A stretch of DNA of 64,000 nt from IMG/VR virus record IMGVR_UViG_3300020464_000002, positions 1,326 to 65,325 of that record. One strand, given 5' to 3'. This DNA is from a virus. Both the position numbers and the translations under genes were made by a program. Positions 44,275 to 53,338 of the stretch are shown here, piece after piece (within the stretch, counting starts at the first letter, position 1; every line of letters starts with the position of its first letter). The notes under the pieces are model-generated. The model had not been told where the DNA came from and did no database searches. It worked only from the letters and a program-made list of their open reading frames with translations.

Positions 44275-44778
44275 ATGCAGTTACAGACAGTTTTAAAACG
44301 TGCCAGTATTGGCTTATTGGCTGGCGTGGCCATGATGAGTCAGGCGCAAGCGGCCAACTCATCAAAAGATGATAACTTGATGTGCGCCGCTTACATGGAT
44401 ATTGCAGTGGCAGATCTTTACCCGCTAAAGCTCATACCGTATGCCAAAGCCAAGCAAATGCTAAGTAGCAGATTTTTACGTTTGGCCACCACGTCCATAT
44501 CAACCGATGAGTCGATTAGCGCGGTCGTTGATAGTTTCATCAATTCACGGAACCAAGCAAGGGAAGCCTTGCTTAAAAATAACCAGTTTAACGACTTGCG
44601 CTTAAATCCTGAAGGTGATCTTCTCACGTATGCGCAAGCGATCGACAAACAGATGAATCAGTATTGCCCGAAAGGTAACACCAGCTATGAGGCAATGGCC
44701 AACGATTACGATCGTGAGGATATTTTGGCCATGGTGGTTGAGATATCAAAAGAGCTAAAAAAGCACGGCGAAAAATAA
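44275..44778 (+). CDS. secreted/periplasmic protein (moron)
   Basis: Signal peptide MQLQTVLKRASIGLLAGVAMMSQAQA. Has its own promoter and terminator inside the late region. Confidence 0.65.
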   Translation: MQLQTVLKRASIGLLAGVAMMSQAQAANSSKDDNLMCAAYMDIAVADLYPLKLIPYAKAKQMLSSRFLRLATTSISTDESISAVVDSFINSRNQAREALLKNNQFNDLRLNPEGDLLTYAQAIDKQMNQYCPKGNTSYEAMANDYDREDILAMVVEISKELKKHGEK

Positions 44779-44799
44779 CGGCGTGATCAGGCGTTAAAC

Positions 44800-44830
44800 A
44801 AGCTCTCGTTAGAAATAGCGGGGGCTTTTT
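44800..44830 (+). terminator. intrinsic terminator of moron
   Basis: AAGCTCTCG / CGGGGGCTT stem (2 G-U pairs), then a T-run. Confidence 0.55.
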
Positions 44831-44858
44831 GCTGGCGAGCACTCACTCATAAAGCCTA

Positions 44859-44935
44859 GGAACACCCCACCAGCCAGCCCCCGCAAGCCCCTTAAACTAG
44901 ACGTATTCACCACGTTTATTTAAGGGGCATTTTTT
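44859..44935 (+). promoter_or_regulatory. late promoter-leader module 6
   Basis: GGAACACCCC at 44859; TAAACT at 44893-44898 (offset 34); inverted repeat CCCCTTAAA 44888-44896 / TTTAAGGGG 44919-44927; T5; ATG 44936. Confidence 0.6.
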
Positions 44936-45865
44936 ATGTCAAAAAGAACAGATCCAATCACCTATAACCTAGCAGATCGCGGCCGCAAGCATGTTGGCGT
45001 TGATCGATCGGACATGAATATTCAATCAATGATTGAGCGTATCAACGCGCCTGATGTTCAAGAGCTGGTGGCCAGCGGCGATCTATACGGCTATTACGGC
45101 CATGAAGTACGCGCACGTTTTGGTATGAACCCGCCTGATGTTTGGTTGAACCCCAAAACTGGCGAAAACATACGCATCGAGCCAGCCCTACGCACAATCG
45201 AGCTGACCGCCGACAGTGACGGCAATGTCACGTCAAGACATGAGTTTTTAGACACCGATACTGGTAAATACTCAGAACGTCTTTACACCAACAAGGCTGG
45301 CGGGTTTAGCAGTGCTGTTATGCGTAAGCGCGGCGCGTCAGGCAAGTTTGATATCACAGGTTTTTACGGCTTTGATTATGTGCGCCAGCCTAATTACAAC
45401 ACCAATCGCGGTAATGGCATGTTCGATAGCTTGTTTTGGCTTGATGAAGAAGAAGCTGAAATGGCGTTTGATAGCTTGGACAACCTAACCCCGCAGCAAG
45501 CCAGCCACAAGGCCGCGCTTGAAGCCGCCATTTTGCACCAGTACGACAGCATTGCCACCGCTAATGAAGCGGACGTGATGATCGGTCATTACCAAAATGA
45601 GTTAATGCGATCGCAAGACGAGCAGATCAGCCGCCAAGAGAAGTTGGAGCGCCTACGCCAGCGCCGCCATGATCGCAAACTAGAGGTTTTTGACAGTCTG
45701 ATTTGTCCGTCAGTGCCGTTTGATGAGGCTGTGGCGCAGTGGGATAGTTTCAACGCGCAGGGCACAAGTGATCTTGACCTACGCACGACAGGCGACACCA
45801 AAAAAGCCAAGGCTGATCAAGAGCGCCACCGCCGCGAACGCACCCGCATTTTTAAAGGCCGCTAA
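44936..45865 (+). CDS. head-morphogenesis protein (possible prohead protease/scaffold)
   Basis: First gene of the operon that ends with terminase. The basic/coiled C-terminal third is scaffold-like. No catalytic residues confirmed. Confidence 0.3.
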   Translation: MSKRTDPITYNLADRGRKHVGVDRSDMNIQSMIERINAPDVQELVASGDLYGYYGHEVRARFGMNPPDVWLNPKTGENIRIEPALRTIELTADSDGNVTSRHEFLDTDTGKYSERLYTNKAGGFSSAVMRKRGASGKFDITGFYGFDYVRQPNYNTNRGNGMFDSLFWLDEEEAEMAFDSLDNLTPQQASHKAALEAAILHQYDSIATANEADVMIGHYQNELMRSQDEQISRQEKLERLRQRRHDRKLEVFDSLICPSVPFDEAVAQWDSFNAQGTSDLDLRTTGDTKKAKADQERHRRERTRIFKGR

Positions 45866-45874
45866 GGGGTAGGT

Positions 45875-46294
45875 ATGAGTCAATATCATAAAAATGGGTG
45901 TGTGTTTTGTGATCACTCAAAAATACAGGCTGGCGATATAAGAGAGCACCACTTGAGAGGCGTTGATTTTTTGTCTTTTACGCCGCTTAACCCGATAGCG
46001 TTAGGGCACTTGGTGGTGATACCAGTGCCACACGTTGACGATGCCAGCGCCGCGCCTGAAATCACTGGCGCAACGTTCGAGCTGGCCGCCACGATCGCTA
46101 AAGATCTTGGCTTGGATAACTACAACTTAATCGTGAATAAAGGTGCTGACGCAGATCAGACGGTTTTTCATCTTCACGTTCACATTGTGCCGCGTTTCAA
46201 GGGCGATGAAACCATCACCGTTTGGAATACCAGCGAGGCAGTACAAGCACGCTCAGAATTTACCGACCGACCAACCATTTTTAGACGCACTTAG
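45875..46294 (+). CDS. HIT-family nucleotide hydrolase/transferase
   Basis: CVFC..GHLVVIPVPH..DQTVFHLHVHIVPR contains the histidine triad HxHxHxx. Confidence 0.8.
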   Translation: MSQYHKNGCVFCDHSKIQAGDIREHHLRGVDFLSFTPLNPIALGHLVVIPVPHVDDASAAPEITGATFELAATIAKDLGLDNYNLIVNKGADADQTVFHLHVHIVPRFKGDETITVWNTSEAVQARSEFTDRPTIFRRT

Positions 46295-46303
46295 GAGATT
46301 ATT

Positions 46304-47206
46304 TTGAGTAAAGCTAGCCGTTTGTTATCCCCGCTGGAATCGATACAGAACGCATGGGGATTAAAGCTAAGGGATTTTCGCCAGTGGTGCACGCCAGCTG
46401 GTCAAAAGTCTATTAGAGACTGGAAAACGCGCCGCATTGAGGGCGCGATCATCGTGGCCAAAGGCAGCATGGTTGATGATGTTGAAAGAATGCTAAAGGC
46501 CGTCCAGCAGAACGAAAATGCCGAGGCCATGGGTGATACGACCAATTCAGGCACGTCAGTAAATCTACCATTCATGGTGACGGCAATCAGCGCCATTGAG
46601 TCGCCGCCTGAGCGTGAAGTGGTTATTGGTTCCCCAACATGGCAAAACGTGGTGATCCCGACCGATCCATTGCAACGCGTAGTACAGGCAAGAACCGCCG
46701 CCGTGTCTTATCGATGCCAAATTGCATTTTTTGCGCCTGATCCTCATGCCGCCTCATCGATTGCCAACCAGTTTGTTAATTTTTGGAAGCATGAGCGCAA
46801 GCGCGGCATTGATGTTTTTTATGAGCTTGGTTTTGCTGGCGAGACAATTATCAAGGATAAGTGGAATTTTAGAGTCGTAGAAAACACGCTTTACCCTGAC
46901 AAGGCAGACGTAGGTATTGAGACTGTGCACGCCGTGACGGTTGATTGCATTGTGGTGGGTGCTGAGCCAAACGTAGTAGGGCTGGGCGGCTATGATGACG
47001 ATATTACCGATGCTGGCGAACCTGACGGCAGCATACCGCCAACCTTGCCACCAGTGGGCGGCCACCGTGACCCGCCTGAGAAGCTAAACAGCTTTGTGAT
47101 TGAAGCGGACGTGATCGAGCGTGAAGCGAATAGACACACCCGCGTAACAGCCGATCCGACCACTGGCGAGGTTAACCAATCCGACATTAAGGACGACACA
47201 CCATGA
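46304..47206 (+). CDS. hypothetical protein
   Basis: TTG start 6 nt after an AGGAG SD. Confidence 0.55.
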   Translation: MSKASRLLSPLESIQNAWGLKLRDFRQWCTPAGQKSIRDWKTRRIEGAIIVAKGSMVDDVERMLKAVQQNENAEAMGDTTNSGTSVNLPFMVTAISAIESPPEREVVIGSPTWQNVVIPTDPLQRVVQARTAAVSYRCQIAFFAPDPHAASSIANQFVNFWKHERKRGIDVFYELGFAGETIIKDKWNFRVVENTLYPDKADVGIETVHAVTVDCIVVGAEPNVVGLGGYDDDITDAGEPDGSIPPTLPPVGGHRDPPEKLNSFVIEADVIEREANRHTRVTADPTTGEVNQSDIKDDTP

Positions 47207-47733
47207 GCGATAAAAAGCCAGTAAACCCAAATGCTGTCTATATTGATGCGCGTGCTGCCACCTATGACGGTGAGGCCGTGCGTATCTTAGCTGTCACCCT
47301 TGCTGATACTGGCAAGATCTTGGTCAGTAAGACGGCTGAGTGGCGCGATCAACCAGTGGCCAAAGGCGATACAATCGTTGTAACCGATACGCCTAATGTT
47401 TTTAATCATTGGAGCCTATCGTTCAATGAAAAAGAGCAAATGCAAGCAGTTATGGCGGCTTATAAGGCCAGCTTAGCCGCTGGCTTGCTAGTGATCGATA
47501 GCTCAGTGCAGCGTTACGACCCTAAACAGGTGATCCAAACGCGCAAGGTCGATGAGCGCGGTAAAGCGCTCGATTTTGACAGCATGGGGATTAATAACGG
47601 CCATATTGCAGTATTGCTTGCAGTGTGGGCGGCAAGATCAGCCCATGGCGGCTATGTTATAACCCGCCAGCCTGATCCTGAGCAAAAAGAGGACGAAGCT
47701 GACGAGTTCGATATGATGCCATTTAGCATCTAA
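47203..47733 (+). CDS. hypothetical protein (small-terminase position)
   Basis: ATGA overlap upstream. Immediately precedes terL. No motif recognised. Confidence 0.4.
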   Translation: MSDKKPVNPNAVYIDARAATYDGEAVRILAVTLADTGKILVSKTAEWRDQPVAKGDTIVVTDTPNVFNHWSLSFNEKEQMQAVMAAYKASLAAGLLVIDSSVQRYDPKQVIQTRKVDERGKALDFDSMGINNGHIAVLLAVWAARSAHGGYVITRQPDPEQKEDEADEFDMMPFSI

Positions 47734-47743
47734 GTGAGTTGCA

Positions 47744-49297
47744 ATGATAGAGAGCTTGCTAGAGTTACCTGAATGGCTTGAGGTATGCGACCGATACCGC
47801 TACGACATAACACGTTTTGCGGTTGAAGCACTGGACATGACGGTTGATTCAGGACAGGCCGTAACCCCGCAGCAAGAATTGCTTTTTCAGTCAATCCAAA
47901 TTCCAAGTAGTCGCACGTCCGTTGCATCAGGACACGGTACAGGTAAATCTAGGTCGGCTGGCATTATCGCGTTGTGGCACTTACTGTTTTACCCTGAGTC
48001 CGTCATGCTTTTTACCGCGCCGCAAATTGGCCAGTTAAGGACGGTCGTTTGGAAAGAGATCAATATTTGTATTCAGCGCTTACGCAATAACCCCGCGCTG
48101 AGCTGGCTTGCTGATTTTGTCGTGGTGCTGGCAGAAAAGATCTACATTAAGGGCTTTAAAGATACGTGGTTCGTTTTTGCCAAGACCGCGCCCAAACACC
48201 AGCCGACTAACATTGCTGGCCAGCATGGTGATCACTACATGGTATGGGCTGATGAGGCTTGCGGTATCGATGATGCCGTGATGGAAGTCGCTATCGGTGC
48301 ATTGACCCATGAAAACAACCGCGCCGTACTGACAAGTCAGCCAGCAACCAACACTGGCTTTTTCTATGACACGCACCATAAGCTAAGCCACCATAACGGC
48401 GGCGTGTGGATTGCGTTAGAGTTTAACGGCGAGTTATCCCCGCTAGTGAGTGAGTCTAAGCTGATTGAAGCGCTATACCAGTATGGCAGCCGCGATCATG
48501 CAGGTTATATGATCCGCATACGTGGCAAGTTCCCCGAATTAAAGGGCAAGTTCTTACTGACGCGATCCGAAATAACGCAGATGCTCAAGCGTAAACCCGC
48601 GATCACTGAGGAAGACGAGTACGGTTACATCATAACCGTGGACGTTGGCGGTGATGTTGGCCGTGATAGCAGCGTAATCAGTGTATTTAAGGTGGTCGAT
48701 AAAGACTACCAAGGCCGTATTGAACGCCATGCGCACTTGGTCGATATACCGCTATTTAGCAACCGCGCCAATATTAATGAGCTAAAAGCCAAGATCTATG
48801 CAACGGTAGCTGAATATGCTGGCGCGACCGTTGTTATCGATCCTATGGGCGCTGGTATGGGTTTATGCCAGTCGCTAAAAGCTGAGGGTTTGTATTTTGA
48901 GACTGTCAACTGGGGCGTGCCTTGTTTCAACAACAACCTAAAAACGCTTTACTTCAACAAACGTGCTCACGCTTATGTGACCATGGCAAAAACCGTTGAG
49001 CGCGGTATATTCAGCATAGCGCCAAAAGTGCGCCGTATGTACCAAGTTGTTACTAACCTTGAAACACAGATGAGCCGATTACCGTACTTCTTTGACGAAA
49101 AATCGCGCTGGGGTATCACTAGCAAAAAAGACATGCTAAAAGACGGTATTACCTCACCTGATATTGCTGATACGTTCGCGTTCGCGTTCCTTGAAAACAT
49201 CAATTACACGCCAGCAAACAAGGTCGGATTTAAGGGCAGCGATAAGGACAAACAGCAATGGGAGGACTTGGACGAATTGGCCGCGCTTATGGGGTAA
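47744..49297 (+). CDS. terL: terminase large subunit
   Basis: Walker A ASGHGTGKS, Walker B YMVWADEACG, and a C-terminal nuclease-like ITVDVGGDVGRDSSVISV. Confidence 0.85.
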   Translation: MIESLLELPEWLEVCDRYRYDITRFAVEALDMTVDSGQAVTPQQELLFQSIQIPSSRTSVASGHGTGKSRSAGIIALWHLLFYPESVMLFTAPQIGQLRTVVWKEINICIQRLRNNPALSWLADFVVVLAEKIYIKGFKDTWFVFAKTAPKHQPTNIAGQHGDHYMVWADEACGIDDAVMEVAIGALTHENNRAVLTSQPATNTGFFYDTHHKLSHHNGGVWIALEFNGELSPLVSESKLIEALYQYGSRDHAGYMIRIRGKFPELKGKFLLTRSEITQMLKRKPAITEEDEYGYIITVDVGGDVGRDSSVISVFKVVDKDYQGRIERHAHLVDIPLFSNRANINELKAKIYATVAEYAGATVVIDPMGAGMGLCQSLKAEGLYFETVNWGVPCFNNNLKTLYFNKRAHAYVTMAKTVERGIFSIAPKVRRMYQVVTNLETQMSRLPYFFDEKSRWGITSKKDMLKDGITSPDIADTFAFAFLENINYTPANKVGFKGSDKDKQQWEDLDELAALMG

Positions 49298-49317
49298 GGT
49301 GATTAAGTGCTATGTTT

Positions 49318-49368
49318 TGCAACTTGCAATTTGCAATTTGCAAGTTGCAATATCAAGGCGCTTGCAAA
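49318..49368. repeat. array of palindromic TTGCAA hexamers, 7-bp period
   Basis: TTGCAA at 49318, 49325, 49332, 49339 and 49346 (exact 7-bp spacing), plus 49363. Confidence 0.9.
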
Positions 49369-49417
49369 CTAAAAAGACAACCCGCCGTGACCCTCACATG
49401 ACCCCGATCAAAGCAAT

Positions 49418-49492
49418 GGAACACGTCTAATCATGCCAGCTGGCACGCGGTAAAATTATCCATACTCATTAATTGAATAGCGAATAATAATT
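49418..49492 (+). promoter_or_regulatory. late promoter-leader module 7
   Basis: GGAACACGTCTAA at 49418; TAAAAT at 49451-49456 (offset 33); ATG 49493. Confidence 0.5.
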
Positions 49493-51856
49493 ATGGCGGC
49501 TAATACCAAATCTATTATTTTTAAGATCACCGAGGCTGGCAAGCAAGCTGCCCTTGATGCTCAAGAAAATGCAGCACAAATAAAAATCAATCTAACACAA
49601 GTGGCCGTTGGTACAGGTAAGCGCATTATTACCGGTAATGAAACGGCGTTACTATCCGAAGTTAAGAGATCTGCTATTGTCTCAGGCGATATTGAGGTAA
49701 ACAGTAATACTTTACGCTTTACCAGCCCGATGAATGGCAGCGCTAAAACTGATGTTTACGAGGTGGGGTTGTTCACTGATGCCGGCGTATTGTTTGCTGT
49801 TGCCTCATCGACTGATAACCCGCTATTTAGCTTGCATCCTGACATTACTTTTGTGATTGGCTTTGGCTTATCTTTGCAAGACGTGGCAGCCGATAGCGTG
49901 ACGGTCACAACTGATCCCAATGGGGCGCTGGCAATAGTCATCATGGAGCAGCATTTAGCCGCGCCTGATCCGCATCCGCAATATCTTAATAAGGATCGTT
50001 TTCAGTTTGCCATGCGTGCCCTATATCCTATCGGTTATCAATATCATTCACACGAAGCGGTAAACCCTAAGCCTATCTTTGATGATATTTTAGGAGTCGA
50101 TACGGCTTGGCGGCGTATCACCGGTAAGATCATAATTGCCTCAGATCCTAACGATCCGTTTATCAATGATCATAGTATCGTCTTAGGTCAGCGCGGTATG
50201 ACTGATCTTGCTAGCAGTGGTCAGCGTCCGCATGTCTATCCATTGCAGACAACGCACTTATTTGAGCGTTATGACCCTAACTCAAACATCGATACTGTAT
50301 GGAATGTCAGAGCAGACAAAAACTCTATTGGCGAGGGAGGCAATGTCCGATTTACCGTGACTGCCAATAATCTGCCGGATGGTCAGTCGCTAGATTGGAC
50401 GGTTAAAGAGGGGGTGCTCGATAGCGCCAATAATAATATCACCAGTCCTGAGAAAACCGATCAAGGCCAAGTCACGTTGACAAATGGTCAAGCGATTATA
50501 AATTACACTACCACAGAGGATGATAACGAAGTAGAGCCGCAAAAACACGTCCGCCTAACCGTGGGCGCACCGGCTAACTTGTCAATCAATGTACCGATCA
50601 ATGATCTAGGTAACACTGAATCGATTGTCCATATTGCCCAAAGCACAACCAACGGCATACAGCTTGATGAATACTACAAACAGCAAAGCGGTAGCTACCC
50701 AGCTGCTAGCGATAAGATTCGCTTTATTGTTGATGAAGGCGTGGATATTATCGCACCTGACACGCAAACGCCCGCATTGGTAGAGGGCGCGAATTGGCCT
50801 ACAGGTAATACCCCTATCGTAGAAAATCATGGGCGCATCTTAGGGCGTGGCGGTGACGGTGGACGTAGTGCAGAGTATCAAGGCGGTCAATTTGTTAATG
50901 AATTACCGAAGTCTGAAAATGATGAAAATTGGGTAATGCCGGAGAATGGAAAAAATGGCGGCGTGGCCGTTTATTCATCAAAACAACCTATCATCATAGA
51001 AAACTACAACCTTGTCGCGGGCGGCGGCGGCGGCGGAGCTGGCGGCGGTGCAGTAACCTATAGGATTGACAGTCAGTACAATGATGCAGGTGCTTATGAA
51101 ATGGTAGGTGGGAGTGGTTCAGGCGGCGGCGCACCGCTTGGCAAAAGATCGCCTAACGCTAACACTATCGAGAGCTATTACAAGTATAGTGCAGCAGAGG
51201 GTTATACGGTTTTTGATTATGAAAACCTATCATCCCCGATACGCTTCATGATAGTACAGAAAGAAGATGGGAGGTGCGATTTTTCCCCTTGGTGGAGTGG
51301 TGGTGGTGACACTATCAGCAAGATTATCCCCCAAAAAGACCCCACACTTAAAGACTCATTTCCTCGTTTTTTTACACCGTACTACGAAAGCAACGGAGTG
51401 GATTATAAGCTCATCTCATACGAGGTAAATGAAGATATCGCAGATCAATCGTTACCTTGGGTACAGGGTAATGGAGGTAGGGTTTACCATAACCATAGCG
51501 TCAAGCTCAGACAATCAACAGACGGCACGATAACTAGCGGCGGTGATTACGGTTATGGGGGTATCGGGATTGTAGGCGCAAACGTAAGATCAGATCTTGT
51601 TATGCCTAATTATTTTGAAGCGTTAGATTTTAGCCAGTATCACGGAGGATCAGGCGGGGATTTAGGTAGCAGTGGTGGTACAGGCGCAAATATTACTAAG
51701 CCAACAATACGAAAATTGTTGGGTGACAGGCTTCTTGGGGATTATGCAAAGGTGCATGAAATAACACCCGCAGCAAAAGGCGGCTTAGCCGGTTACGTCA
51801 AAGAAGGTAATGTCACCATTACAAACTACGGAAGCGGAATAACCAAGGGGCGTTAA
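49493..51856 (+). CDS. tail fibre protein with Gly-rich C-terminal half
   Basis: N-terminal ITEAGKQAALDAQ..INLTQVAVGTG..TALLSEVKR..YEVGLFTDAG and HLAAPDPHPQYL match P2 H / Mu-type fibre N-domains. GGGGGGAGGG and GGSGSGGG runs lie downstream. Confidence 0.65.
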   Translation: MAANTKSIIFKITEAGKQAALDAQENAAQIKINLTQVAVGTGKRIITGNETALLSEVKRSAIVSGDIEVNSNTLRFTSPMNGSAKTDVYEVGLFTDAGVLFAVASSTDNPLFSLHPDITFVIGFGLSLQDVAADSVTVTTDPNGALAIVIMEQHLAAPDPHPQYLNKDRFQFAMRALYPIGYQYHSHEAVNPKPIFDDILGVDTAWRRITGKIIIASDPNDPFINDHSIVLGQRGMTDLASSGQRPHVYPLQTTHLFERYDPNSNIDTVWNVRADKNSIGEGGNVRFTVTANNLPDGQSLDWTVKEGVLDSANNNITSPEKTDQGQVTLTNGQAIINYTTTEDDNEVEPQKHVRLTVGAPANLSINVPINDLGNTESIVHIAQSTTNGIQLDEYYKQQSGSYPAASDKIRFIVDEGVDIIAPDTQTPALVEGANWPTGNTPIVENHGRILGRGGDGGRSAEYQGGQFVNELPKSENDENWVMPENGKNGGVAVYSSKQPIIIENYNLVAGGGGGGAGGGAVTYRIDSQYNDAGAYEMVGGSGSGGGAPLGKRSPNANTIESYYKYSAAEGYTVFDYENLSSPIRFMIVQKEDGRCDFSPWWSGGGDTISKIIPQKDPTLKDSFPRFFTPYYESNGVDYKLISYEVNEDIADQSLPWVQGNGGRVYHNHSVKLRQSTDGTITSGGDYGYGGIGIVGANVRSDLVMPNYFEALDFSQYHGGSGGDLGSSGGTGANITKPTIRKLLGDRLLGDYAKVHEITPAAKGGLAGYVKEGNVTITNYGSGITKGR

Positions 51857-52152
51857 TGCTAACTAATATCTACCTAAACGCCGTTCGTACCCATGTTGAC
51901 TTATTGGTACGCCGATCGCGTACCGATAAGCTGATCGTTTGGGATATTGGCACGGATGAAGTGCACGACCCCAGCTTGGTTGCTTATCGTGCGTATGGGA
52001 ACCGCGATAATGCAGACGTTGTGATGCTATGCGCTGGCACGAATCGCATTGGCGAGCCGTTGCCGCGCCGTACCATCTTCTTACCCTTGCCAGCAAACTT
52101 AGCACAGCTTAAACGTGAGCACATGAGCAAGGGGGCTGGTATCGATGGATAA
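51856..52152 (+). CDS. P2 gpX-like (LysM-like) tail protein
   Basis: 98 aa. SLVAYRAYGNRDNADVVMLCAGTNRIGEPLPRRTIFLPLP fits the Phage_tail_X pattern. Confidence 0.45.
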   Translation: MLTNIYLNAVRTHVDLLVRRSRTDKLIVWDIGTDEVHDPSLVAYRAYGNRDNADVVMLCAGTNRIGEPLPRRTIFLPLPANLAQLKREHMSKGAGIDG

Positions 52153-53338
52153 TTACCCCGAAGACTTTTTAAGCCCTGATCGTGAGGACAGCACCAGTTA
52201 TCAAGATCGCCAGCTTAACAATATGACGCTCGATGAGCTTAGACGCTGGCGCACGCAAACTGGTAAGACCGTTGGTCAGCAGCGCAAGCACGCCAGCCGT
52301 CAAAAGCGGTATTTTAAGGATGTACTACAAGACATTGAGCACGGCGAACGCCTGACAACCAAAAAATTAGAGTCATTGGTTAAGACGGCCAAAAACCGCG
52401 CTGGCATTAGTGCTGGCGAGTTATTGGAGTTTACCCTAGGCGATACCAAGCGCAACCGTGAGTTAAAAAAGACGCTTAACGCCGCGATACTTGATGCCTA
52501 TCTTGCCAATGTCAAAGCAGCCTCAAACAAGTTTCTAGGCGGTATCACGCCCCAGCAAGTGATCAACCAATCCCGCGTAGAAGATATCAAGCGTGCCAAC
52601 ACTCAGATTCACCTTGCCAGCGTTTTTAAGCGCAAGGGTAACACGCTTCATTTTGTCACGAACGCAGGTATCGGTAGTAAGGACACACACCACTATGTCA
52701 CGGTGCAGCTACTCGACTATCCAAACTTGCTGCTAGGTCGCACTAAAGCGCCAAGCGTGGTGGACGTGAGAGAAGCAGTTATTGACGGCAAGATTCGCTT
52801 CGACTGTGATTGCGGCCGTCATCGCTACTGGTACAGATACGTGGCCACCGTAGGCAAGTATAACTACGGTATCGATGAGAACCGCTACCCATCAACGCGC
52901 AACCCTAAATTAACTGGCGTGGCTTGTAAGCACGCCTTACGTGTCATGAAGTACGTCACCAGTCCGCACATGATCGCCAAGATCAGAGATTATGCGCGTG
53001 AAGACATAGCCAAGGCCAGCAACCAAGTGAAGTCGCACCGTAGGCCAGCCAGCACGCTAGAACGTGAAGCCATGAAGCAGACAGAGGCGCTTAATAACTG
53101 GAATGGTCGTTTGCATTGGAGCAAAAAGATCAAGCAAGCCGCTACCGCCGCTGAAAAGCAGGTCAAAGCCGAGCAAAAGCGCCAGCAAGCTAAGTCGCCT
53201 CATCAGCCCACGCAAGCCGAACGCGCCAGCTACCAGTACGCCAAAAATCAGCTAGGCAAAAAGAACGTGCCAGCCAATTTTAAAGAGATCTATCAAACCG
53301 AAGTTAATAACTATCAGAAAAAATGGGGCAATAAATGA
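52145..53338 (+). CDS. SWIM zinc-finger protein
   Basis: CDCGRHRYW-x-CKH is the CxC..CxH SWIM signature. Basic termini. Confidence 0.6.
   Translation: MDNYPEDFLSPDREDSTSYQDRQLNNMTLDELRRWRTQTGKTVGQQRKHASRQKRYFKDVLQDIEHGERLTTKKLESLVKTAKNRAGISAGELLEFTLGDTKRNRELKKTLNAAILDAYLANVKAASNKFLGGITPQQVINQSRVEDIKRANTQIHLASVFKRKGNTLHFVTNAGIGSKDTHHYVTVQLLDYPNLLLGRTKAPSVVDVREAVIDGKIRFDCDCGRHRYWYRYVATVGKYNYGIDENRYPSTRNPKLTGVACKHALRVMKYVTSPHMIAKIRDYAREDIAKASNQVKSHRRPASTLEREAMKQTEALNNWNGRLHWSKKIKQAATAAEKQVKAEQKRQQAKSPHQPTQAERASYQYAKNQLGKKNVPANFKEIYQTEVNNYQKKWGNK

Noticed and set aside
49441-49456. Sigma-54-like appearance of the late motif (TGGAACA..., and TGGCACGCGGTAAAAT at 49441).
   Set aside because: No copy has the obligatory GC/TTGC element 5 nt after the GG block. 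The conserved partner element is instead a TAnnnT hexamer 33/34 nt away, which is incompatible with -24/-12 geometry.
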